Made by a program: the position numbers and the translations under genes. Source: a virus (taxonomy: Duplodnaviria; Caudoviricetes). From it: DNA of 38,977 nucleotides. Below, piece by piece: positions 1 through 7,301 of the stretch (position 1 is the stretch's first letter; every line of letters starts with the position of its first letter). The DNA is taken from positions 1 through 38,977 of IMG/VR virus record IMGVR_UViG_3300042191_000222; one strand, 5' to 3'. A model generated the notes under the pieces. It was not told where the DNA came from, did no database searches, and saw nothing but the letters and a program-made list of their open reading frames with translations.

Positions 1-92
1 GCGTGTTGGTCGTGCGTTTGGTTGGCGAGGTTTCCTAGGAAGATGCTCATGGCGGCGAGGGTGCCGATGGTGTCGTTGTGGATGCTGGTCAT
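1..92 (-). CDS. hypothetical protein (5' part only; runs off window start)
   Basis: ATG at 92 overlaps the stop of the upstream gene (ATGA), with an AAGGA SD. Reads MTSIHNDTIGTLAAMSIFLG... Confidence 0.55.
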   Translation of the reverse strand, partial: MTSIHNDTIGTLAAMSIFLGNLANQTHDQH

Positions 93-292
93 GTGAGTGT
101 TTGGGTTCCTTGTTTGATGGTGTCACAGCAGTGGGGGCAGGCGATGGCCATGTGGATGACGGTGGTTTGGCCGTTGGTGGTTTGGTGGTGTTTGGGTGTC
201 CAGTGGCTGGCTTGGTTGGTTTTTCCGCAGGTGATGCAGGAGATGATGTGGGTGTGTTTGATTTGGTCGTAGATGGCGGTGTCGCTGGTCAT
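89..292 (-). CDS. small Zn-finger-like protein (CxxC...CxxC), 67 aa
   Basis: C-terminal part of ORF 89..805: MTSDTAIY...CITC...CPHC. AAGGA SD; ATGA overlaps at both ends. Confidence 0.7.
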   Translation of the reverse strand: MTSDTAIYDQIKHTHIISCITCGKTNQASHWTPKHHQTTNGQTTVIHMAIACPHCCDTIKQGTQTLT

Positions 293-699
293 GGTTTTTC
301 CTTGGTTGGTGGGGTGAGTTTGGTGATGAGGCACCAGCATCCGTGTTGGTTGCGTTTGGTTGCTGCGGCTTGTTCGGGTAGTGCGTCGTATTGGGCGATG
401 GCTTGGATGTCGCAGAGGTTGGCGTGTTGTCGTAGGGCGTCTTGCTCGTTGTGGTGGAGGGATACGGCTTGGAGGGGCCTGTGGGGGTTGTCGGTGTTTT
501 GGGAGCCAAGGAGGAGTATCCAGGTGTCGGATAGGGGTTCGCAGGGTTCGATGCGGGGGGTTAGGTCGGGGCGGGTTTGTAGGTAGATGTCGAGGATGTT
601 TTGGGCGTCTTTGGTGGAGTGGATGGGGCCGACGAGTCCGGTGTGGCAGCGGTGGGTTTCGGTGGGTTGGCCTGAGCCGAGGACGACGATGTATGGCAC
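289..699 (-). CDS. hypothetical phage protein
   Basis: 136-aa ORF with GAAAGGA SD, coupled to the downstream gene. Confidence 0.7.
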   Translation of the reverse strand: MPYIVVLGSGQPTETHRCHTGLVGPIHSTKDAQNILDIYLQTRPDLTPRIEPCEPLSDTWILLLGSQNTDNPHRPLQAVSLHHNEQDALRQHANLCDIQAIAQYDALPEQAAATKRNQHGCWCLITKLTPPTKEKP

Positions 700-714
700 G
701 TCGGGTTTGTCCTT

Positions 715-876
715 TCAGGCGATGTTGAAGATGATGATTATTAGGAGTAGTGCTGTGGCGGCGAGGGCTCCGGGTATCGCAAAGATCGCATTGAAGTGTT
801 TGCATGTTTTTTGTGGTTTGATGTTACGTTTCTTTGTGGTGGTTCTTGTTTGGTGGTGTTTGTTATCTTGGTTCAT
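715..876 (-). CDS. small membrane protein, 53 aa
   Basis: Translated by hand: MNQDNKHH...FAIPGALAATALLLIIIFNIA. GGGGA SD; fills the operon gap. Confidence 0.6.
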   Translation of the reverse strand: MNQDNKHHQTRTTTKKRNIKPQKTCKHFNAIFAIPGALAATALLLIIIIFNIA

Positions 877-891
877 GTGGTTCCCCGGTTG

Positions 892-1077
892 TTAGAGTAT
901 CCAGATTTTAGCTGCGGTTATAGCGGCCGCGAATCCGATGGCTATCAGGCTGGTGATGCGGGCCTGATACTTGGCTCGATCGGCATAGCTCTGGGCTGCT
1001 TGTGCGGATTCTCTGGCTTCGACGACGGCGAGGGTGAGGTCTTTGCACGCCGGGTGGTTGCACAGGTTGGTGGTCAC
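892..1077 (-). CDS. small protein with C-terminal TM helix
   Basis: GTG at 1077 overlaps the upstream stop (GTGA). Hydrophobic C-terminus SLIAIGFAAAITAAKIWIL. Confidence 0.65.
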   Translation of the reverse strand: MTTNLCNHPACKDLTLAVVEARESAQAAQSYADRAKYQARITSLIAIGFAAAITAAKIWIL

Positions 1078-1295
1078 TGATGTGGGGCCTTTCTGGTGGT
1101 GTTGTGTTTGTAACCCAGGTCGTACCACCAGGTGGCGAACACGAAACCGCAGGCGGTGCATGACCCGATTCCAGTGATGTACGCCCACGTGCCGACGGTG
1201 GTTGCGGCGTGGATTTGGGCGGTGATGATGGCGGCGACGATAAGGATACGTCGGGCGCGGCGCAGCGGCGGCGATAGTCGGGGAAGGCGAGGCAC
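1074..1295 (-). CDS. small membrane protein (2 TM), probably leaderless
   Basis: Two hydrophobic segments. A GACAAT -10-like box lies 6 nt before the GTG. Confidence 0.65.
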   Translation of the reverse strand: MPRLPRLSPPLRRARRILIVAAIITAQIHAATTVGTWAYITGIGSCTACGFVFATWWYDLGYKHNTTRKAPHQ

Positions 1296-1357
1296 GGTCT
1301 TATTGTCGCGTATGGGTGCGGCCGGGACGTTGCGTGTACAAAACGGTCATAACAGTC

Positions 1358-1379
1358 AAACCGGTTTAAACTGGGGTTC
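1358..1379 (+). promoter_or_regulatory. leaderless promoter of terS with AAACCGGTTT palindrome
   Basis: TAAACT at 1367-1372 is 7 nt before ATG 1380, with no convincing SD. Palindrome at 1358-1367. Confidence 0.5.
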
Positions 1380-2006
1380 ATGTCTGAGTTGGTGTTGGAT
1401 TCTGATTTCCGGCTTGATCCTGATCTTGACCCGTGGGATCAACAGGAGGGGGAGCCAGATGAATATTTTGCGGCGTTCCGCCGGTATTGCCGTCTTGCCC
1501 GGCGGGTTAACCCGCGCTCCGGGGAGCCGTTGCCGCGCAAGATCGGTGAGATGGTCGCCGATACGCGGTGGTCACATCGGCATGTGAAACGGTTGTCATT
1601 GCAATACCACTGGGGTGAGCGGGCTGATGCGTGGGATGTGGACCGTGAGAACGATCTGGCGGGAAAAATCGCTGATGCCCGTGTGACGATGCTGCACGAC
1701 CGGATTGATGTCCTGGGCGAGATTTCGGGCATCACGATGACGGTGCTGCGCGAGAAGGACCCGTCGGAATGGAAAGTCCGGGATGTCGTTGAACTGTTGA
1801 AAATCCAGTTCATGGCCCAGGACACTCTACTGGGTTTGACACAGCGCGGGGCGGCGAACTATTCGGGTGTGGGTGTCGATATTTCGTTGCCGATCGGTCA
1901 GAACACGTCCGAAATTGAAGGGCAGATCGACGAGATCATGGCCGAACTGGTGGCTCGCCGCCCAACCGGAGTCATCAGTAGCGACCCCGACACCGACGAC
2001 GATTAG
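1380..2006 (+). CDS. terS: putative terminase small subunit
   Basis: WDQQEGE...AAFRRY...W.ERADAWD pattern typical of phage TerS-like HTH proteins; lies upstream of terL. Confidence 0.7.
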   Translation: MSELVLDSDFRLDPDLDPWDQQEGEPDEYFAAFRRYCRLARRVNPRSGEPLPRKIGEMVADTRWSHRHVKRLSLQYHWGERADAWDVDRENDLAGKIADARVTMLHDRIDVLGEISGITMTVLREKDPSEWKVRDVVELLKIQFMAQDTLLGLTQRGAANYSGVGVDISLPIGQNTSEIEGQIDEIMAELVARRPTGVISSDPDTDDD

Positions 2007-2225
2007 CTACCGGCCGACCTGTGGCGTGAAGCGCAGATCTGTTTCGGTCGCGGTGAAGCCTCTACATTTCAGGTAGTCGACGACCATGGCCGCCGGGCTT
2101 TCGGTGTGCCCATGGTGGGTTTGGGTGACCCCGATTTTCGCGCCGAGAGCGTTGAAAACGTGCAGCTCGGTGCCGCAGCCGTATGGCCGCGATTCGATGA
2201 GGAACAGGGGCGGGCCGGTTGTCAT
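2007..2225 (-). CDS. hypothetical 72-aa protein inserted between terS and terL
   Basis: Fills the gap exactly; CATTAT box 6 nt before the ATG. Confidence 0.6.
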   Translation of the reverse strand: MTTGPPLFLIESRPYGCGTELHVFNALGAKIGVTQTHHGHTESPAAMVVDYLKCRGFTATETDLRFTPQVGR

Positions 2226-2292
2226 GCCGCCATAATGCCATGCCCGCCGCGTGTACCGGTTTGAACCGGTTTAGGCGTTCTATGGTTATTGC

Positions 2293-3801
2293 GTGGATAT
2301 GTCTAAGTTGTCCGATTCTCAGTTGAAGGCGTACGCGGCGCAGTTGGAGGCGCTGCGGTCTCCGGCGTCGATGGCGCGGTGGTTGAACCCTGGATATCGG
2401 GTGCGGGCTCACCACAAGATCATCGGTGACGCGTTGGCGGGTTTGAATCAGCCAGGCGGCCGCCGGAAGCTCATGATTTTCGCGCCGCCCCGTGCCGGGA
2501 AATCAGAGCTGGTTACGAAGAACCTGCCATTGTGGTGGCTGGCGCACCACCCCAAACATCACGTTGTTGCTGCCGCGTATGGGTCGGACCTGGCGAAAAA
2601 GTGGGGGCGGGACGTACGTCGGATGGTCCGCGAATACGGGCCGAGGCTGGGGCTCGGGTTGTCACCGGACGTGCGGACAGCCCAGGCGTGGCAGTTGGCG
2701 TCCGGTGGGGGGATGCGCACCACCGGTGTCGGTGCGGGTTTGACCGGACACGACGCTGACCTCCTCATCTGTGATGATCCACATAAGAACCGCGAGGAGG
2801 CTGAGTCGAGGAATCAACGCGACCGGGTCGACGAATGGTGGTCATCGACGTTCATTACCCGGCAGTCCCCCGGCACACCCATCGTCATGGTGCTCACCAG
2901 GTGGCACGAAGACGACATCGCCGGTCGGCTACTGGAACGAGAAGCTGGCGAATGGGATGTCATCCGGCTGCCAGCGTTCTGTGACTCGGCGTTCGACCCT
3001 TTGAACCGCGATATCGGTGACCCGCTGCCGCACCCCAAAATCCCCAACGACAAAGCAGCGTTGACGCAGTTCTGGGAAGAAATGCGCGGCAACGTTTCAC
3101 TGCGGGACTGGCACGCCATGTACATGTGCGACCCGCAGCCCGTGGAGGGGACGCTCCTTTCGGAAGGCTATATGCAGGCGTCGCGGTGGCCGCCGGGTGT
3201 GGAGTTGCCGGGAGCGCTGCGGGTGGCCATTGGGGTTGACCCGTCGGGGACCGTGACCGGCGATACATGCGGGATCGTCGCCGGGTATGCGTCCGAGGAC
3301 GGCCGGTGTTTCATCACCGCCGACCATACTGCCCAGTACTCACCCACTGAGTGGGGCCGTGAAGTAGCAATGCTGGCTTACGAGACCGCCGCCGATGTGA
3401 TCTATGTCGAAACCAACTTTGGTGGGGATCAGAACATCGCGATGATCGAATCGGGGTGGCGGTACTGCGAAGAACACGGGCGTATCCCTGAAGGTTTCCT
3501 GATACCGAAGTTCGAGAAAGTTTCCGCCCGGTACGGCAAACGGATCAGGGCAGAACCGGTAGCCCAGAAATGGGAGCAGCTGCAAGTGCGGTTGGTCGGA
3601 TCAATGCCGGAGCTGGAGAAAGAATGGACGACATGGCAGGCTGGTTCCAGGGAATCACCGGGACGGATCGACGCGTCCACGTACCTGGTTCAGGGCCTGA
3701 TCGGTAACGCTGTGTGGGAGAAACCAGGGATCGTTGAACCACCGGTCGGTGAACAGTTGGATGACGAATTCGACGACTGGACCACCTTCGACCTGTGGTG
3801 A
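2293..3801 (+). CDS. terL: terminase large subunit
   Basis: Walker A PPRAGKS, Walker B LLICDDP, TRWHEDD motif, and nuclease motifs VAIGVDPS and ETNFGG. Confidence 0.95.
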   Translation: MDMSKLSDSQLKAYAAQLEALRSPASMARWLNPGYRVRAHHKIIGDALAGLNQPGGRRKLMIFAPPRAGKSELVTKNLPLWWLAHHPKHHVVAAAYGSDLAKKWGRDVRRMVREYGPRLGLGLSPDVRTAQAWQLASGGGMRTTGVGAGLTGHDADLLICDDPHKNREEAESRNQRDRVDEWWSSTFITRQSPGTPIVMVLTRWHEDDIAGRLLEREAGEWDVIRLPAFCDSAFDPLNRDIGDPLPHPKIPNDKAALTQFWEEMRGNVSLRDWHAMYMCDPQPVEGTLLSEGYMQASRWPPGVELPGALRVAIGVDPSGTVTGDTCGIVAGYASEDGRCFITADHTAQYSPTEWGREVAMLAYETAADVIYVETNFGGDQNIAMIESGWRYCEEHGRIPEGFLIPKFEKVSARYGKRIRAEPVAQKWEQLQVRLVGSMPELEKEWTTWQAGSRESPGRIDASTYLVQGLIGNAVWEKPGIVEPPVGEQLDDEFDDWTTFDLW

Positions 3802-3877
3802 CGATTCGTTGCGGGGCTATCGGATTCGTACGGATCGCTTCTGTACCATGGCAACAGTACCAAGTTTGGAACTGTTG

Positions 3878-3962
3878 TCTTTTCTGTTTATCCGAATGGC
3901 AAAGAGCCCGGCGGTCAACTGTTCAGAGTTGACCGCCATCTTTGATCCAAGAACAGAAAAGA
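3878..3962. other. long imperfect inverted repeat (rod hairpin); bidirectional terminator or small RNA
   Basis: Nested stems 3878-3888/3952-3962 (11 bp), 3900-3905/3939-3944 (6 bp) and 3910-3920/3927-3937 (11 bp), between convergent genes. Confidence 0.6.
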
Positions 3963-3965
3963 TTG

Positions 3966-4421
3966 TTACGTACCGTAACGATTCATCCTTCTAGGACGGT
4001 GATACTTCTGAGCGTCCAGGCATGCCGGGCACCAAGCCAGACCCGACTTCTCAGCTGTTTCAGGTCCCACCCACCAGCCGCGCGCCGATACCCATTTTTT
4101 CAAGACACCGTTGGTTACGCCTGGAGTCGATACGGTCCATGTCAGATCTGGCGTGTCGGTGCAGTGATCACAACTTAGAGTCACATGCATGTCATGTGCT
4201 GGCGGGATTCCCCAAACCCGGTACTTCAACATGCGTGCCGCCTCACTCGGGTACATAGATGTTGTGTCCGCCAGGCGCACCCCTACGCCTGGCGGACACG
4301 AGTACACCTGCGGTGTGTGATGTATCAGGTGTACTGGCCGGGCCAGATCCCACTCCTGTAGATCTCGCCTAGCCGGGGAATGGTTTATGTGGTGCCCGGT
4401 GCCTGGTAGCTGTGGAGGCAC
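3966..4421 (-). CDS. hypothetical Zn-ribbon-like protein (start uncertain, may be downstream)
   Basis: CDHC...GW...CPAC pattern. Confidence 0.55.
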   Translation of the reverse strand: MPPQLPGTGHHINHSPARRDLQEWDLARPVHLIHHTPQVYSCPPGVGVRLADTTSMYPSEAARMLKYRVWGIPPAHDMHVTLSCDHCTDTPDLTWTVSTPGVTNGVLKKWVSARGWWVGPETAEKSGLAWCPACLDAQKYHRPRRMNRYGT

Positions 4422-4759
4422 CCGCCAGGCACCGGGCTTGCCCGCTTTCGCGGGTTAAGGACGCACCTCTTGAATGTGCGCCGCCATCGTAACGCAGCCG
4501 CAGCGCGTGCTGTTTCGGCTTCCATGAACGTGATCTCGAACTCGCCTTTGTTGACGCCGTCAGTGAAGGCGTCCCATTCGTCTGGGGTGTAGATGAGGAT
4601 CGGGCCGTTCGGGGTGTCGTGGTGTCGCAGGGCGATCAGGCCGTCTGCGGCTCGCCCGATTTCGAGGCGGCCGGGTTGCCCGTTGTTATCGGTTACGCGT
4701 TCCCACCGTGCCGTGGCGGCATCGAACCGGTCTTTAAGTGGGTGTACGTGTGTGGTCAT
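4385..4759 (-). CDS. DUF397-family protein with C-terminal extension
   Basis: LEIG...IALR....PNGPILIYTPDEWDAFTDGVNKGEF matches the DUF397 signature; AAGGAG SD before ATG 4759. Confidence 0.8.
   Translation of the reverse strand: MTTHVHPLKDRFDAATARWERVTDNNGQPGRLEIGRAADGLIALRHHDTPNGPILIYTPDEWDAFTDGVNKGEFEITFMEAETARAAAALRWRRTFKRCVLNPRKRASPVPGGCLHSYQAPGTT
4394..4437. terminator. 13-bp perfect inverted repeat, possible terminator or processing hairpin
   Basis: GCCCGGTGCCTGG at 4394-4406 pairs with CCAGGCACCGGGC at 4425-4437. Confidence 0.45.
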
Positions 4760-5078
4760 CGTTGTCTCCTTGATTCTTGCGGTGAACTTTGAATTCGGAC
4801 AGGTGGGCGATGTTTCGGGTATCGGTGTTGAAGTGGTCGGCCAGTATCCGTTTGAATCGCAGTTTCTGTGCGGTAACAACGTCGATGCTTCTAACGGCCC
4901 GGCTGGCCTGGACAGCCGATCTGAAACGCAGCCGGTTCCCCGAAGCATCAATGATCACGTTGTTTCCGCAGGTGACGGCAATGGTGGCCACGTCATCGGT
5001 AGTCACGTTTAGGACCGGTTTGACATACAACGTCATGTCGATGTTCCAGGTGACGTTTCGGGTTGGGGGTGTGGGCAT
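4734..5078 (-). CDS. hypothetical protein
   Basis: GGAGG SD before ATG 5078; overlaps the DUF397 gene. Confidence 0.65.
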   Translation of the reverse strand: MPTPPTRNVTWNIDMTLYVKPVLNVTTDDVATIAVTCGNNVIIDASGNRLRFRSAVQASRAVRSIDVVTAQKLRFKRILADHFNTDTRNIAHLSEFKVHRKNQGDNDDHTRTPT

Positions 5079-5225
5079 TGCGTCCTCCAAGGGGTGGTTG
5101 TACGCCGCTGGTGGTCTGCCCTCCAGTGCGTGTTCAGGTTAGCGTCCACCGTTCTTGCAGCAAATTGTTGAGATTTGCTCGGGTTCGAGTAGTTATGGGC
5201 GGGTTGTCCGTTTTATGCTGTTTGG

Positions 5226-5582
5226 GTGGATGACTGGGTAACCGTTACGTTGGCGTTCGGTTGTGTGCTGCGGGTGACCCGTCTGATCGCTTTGGACACC
5301 ATCACGCAGCCACTGCGGAACCGTCTGTCCGGATGGATCGAGAAACTGGCCACCTGCGGGTGGTGTGTCTCCATGTGGGTGTCACCACTGGTGGCGGTGT
5401 CGTGGTGGTTGTGGGCCGACCATCCCGTCTGGCAGGTCGCGGCGGTCGCGCTGAGTGGTTCGTGGCTGGCCGGGGCGACGTTCTTCGCCGGGATGCCCGC
5501 CCGCCACGAAGTCGAGGTCACACCCGTGGGGCCACTGGTCGTGTTCCCGCCCACTCCGCCGCAGCCCGGCCAGGAGGGCTAG
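5226..5582 (+). CDS. DUF1360-like membrane protein
   Basis: RVTRLI..D.I..PLR and L.TC.WC.S.W motifs; immediately precedes the portal; TATGCT 6 nt before the GTG. Confidence 0.75.
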   Translation: MDDWVTVTLAFGCVLRVTRLIALDTITQPLRNRLSGWIEKLATCGWCVSMWVSPLVAVSWWLWADHPVWQVAAVALSGSWLAGATFFAGMPARHEVEVTPVGPLVVFPPTPPQPGQEG

Positions 5583-7301
5583 ATGGGAGTCAAAAACTGG
5601 TGGTCGTCGTTGACGGCCGCCGTCGGCAACCGGAAAGGCTTGTACGACGGGTCGCCGTTTTCGATGACCGCCGGGACTCGCGGGTGGGAAGCCGAAGCCA
5701 CCCACATGTACGACATTGTTCCCGAGCTGCGCTACGGCATTTCCTGGTCGGCGTCGTCGGCGTCACGGGCGGCGTTGATCGCCGCCAAAGTGCCATCACA
5801 CCCGGCCGCCCAGCCGGTACCCATTGACGAGTCCTCACGTGAAGCGTTGCCGCTGCGAGAGTTGGCACCCACGGCCCCCGAACAGTCGGTGTTCTTGTCG
5901 CGGATCACCACGCTGCTGAAGCTGGTTGGTAAATGGTGGCTGGTGGGTTTCGATGACCCGGTGATCGGTGGCCGCCGACGGTGGTTGGTTCTATCCGACC
6001 GCGAATACACCGAGGTCGGTTCCCAGATCCGGTTTATGCATCCTGATACCGGCCAAGAGATCCGCATGGACCGGCTCGTTGAGGGATTGGCAGCCGAGTT
6101 GCGGCCACGAGCCGCATGGGTGATTCCCATGTGGTTTCCGCACCCCATGGACTCGTCGATGCCGGACGCGCCGGTGCGGGCGTTGATCGACACCCTCCAT
6201 GAACTGGTTGACCTATCGGGGCATGTGCAGACGGCCGCGCGGTCGCGTCTGGCCGGTGCCGGGCTCCTTCTCATGCCATCGAGCCTGAAACCGATCGCTC
6301 CGGGGCAATCCACCGGCGTTAACCCTCCTAAAGGCAACCCGGCGATGCGGGCGTTGACCCGCACGGCCCAAGCGGCGTTCCAGAACCCTCAGGACGTGTC
6401 CCGGCATTTGCCCGTCATTTTCGAGGGCAATCAGGAAGCGTTGAACGCCGTCCGGCATTTGACTTTGGACACGCCGTTCGATGAGCGTGTCGATAGTTTG
6501 CGCACCTCAGCGGTACGACGGATAGCGATAGGCTTGGATATCCCGCCAGAAGTCCTAAGTGGAATGGGCGATCTGAATCACTGGACAGCGTGGCAAGTAG
6601 ACAGTGCCGGTCAGAAGATCAACGTCGCCCCATCCCTGGCGTTCATCTGCCGCGAGCTGACCCGCAAGTACTACCAGCCCGCCCTGCAAGCCATGGGCGT
6701 ACCCAACCCACAGCAGTACATGATCTGGTACGACGACACGTCCCTGGAAAACACCCCCAACAAAGCCGAAGTCGCCCTGTCGGCATACGAACTGGGTTTG
6801 GTGTCCGGGGACGCCGCCCGCGAAACCATCGGATACGGGCCAGCCGACGCACCACCAGAAGGCTGGATACCACCGGTCGTCAAAGCACGCCTGGCCCGCA
6901 CCGAAGCCGGGCGCAGCGGCGACGGCCCGGCATCCACCGAAGAAACTCAAACCAGGTTCCCGCCAGCAGCCGCCAACGGATGGATCGCCTGCGCCGACGT
7001 AGCCGCACGCCGGGCACTCGGCCGAGCCGGTAGCTACCTGCTGAACTCCGGTGGCCGTCAGCTGCGCGGCAAATACCGCGACATCCCCCTCCACGACATC
7101 CACACCCACGTATCCCCCGGCAACGCCGACATCACCGCCGCGTGCCTCAAAGGCGCATTCGCCGAACTGGAAGCCGCACAACCAGCGCTCGTGGCACCCG
7201 TCGCCGCCTACACGCGACAGCGCCTGGCCATGCGGAAACCACATGACCTCGACGTACTGACGACATACCTGAAAGGGGAAAGCGATGCCTGTGACCGTTG
7301 A
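5583..7301 (+). CDS. portal protein
   Basis: 572 aa between terL and the protease. VPELRY, ARSRLAGAG.L.MP and RIA.GLDIPPEVL.G....NHW.AW motifs as in mycobacteriophage cluster B-type portals. Confidence 0.88.
   Translation: MGVKNWWSSLTAAVGNRKGLYDGSPFSMTAGTRGWEAEATHMYDIVPELRYGISWSASSASRAALIAAKVPSHPAAQPVPIDESSREALPLRELAPTAPEQSVFLSRITTLLKLVGKWWLVGFDDPVIGGRRRWLVLSDREYTEVGSQIRFMHPDTGQEIRMDRLVEGLAAELRPRAAWVIPMWFPHPMDSSMPDAPVRALIDTLHELVDLSGHVQTAARSRLAGAGLLLMPSSLKPIAPGQSTGVNPPKGNPAMRALTRTAQAAFQNPQDVSRHLPVIFEGNQEALNAVRHLTLDTPFDERVDSLRTSAVRRIAIGLDIPPEVLSGMGDLNHWTAWQVDSAGQKINVAPSLAFICRELTRKYYQPALQAMGVPNPQQYMIWYDDTSLENTPNKAEVALSAYELGLVSGDAARETIGYGPADAPPEGWIPPVVKARLARTEAGRSGDGPASTEETQTRFPPAAANGWIACADVAARRALGRAGSYLLNSGGRQLRGKYRDIPLHDIHTHVSPGNADITAACLKGAFAELEAAQPALVAPVAAYTRQRLAMRKPHDLDVLTTYLKGESDACDR

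Noticed and set aside
3848-3994. 48-aa ORF after terL (MATVPSLELL...)
   Set aside because: No SD and atypical codon use, and it coincides with the inverted-repeat structure; a toxin-like peptide cannot be fully excluded.
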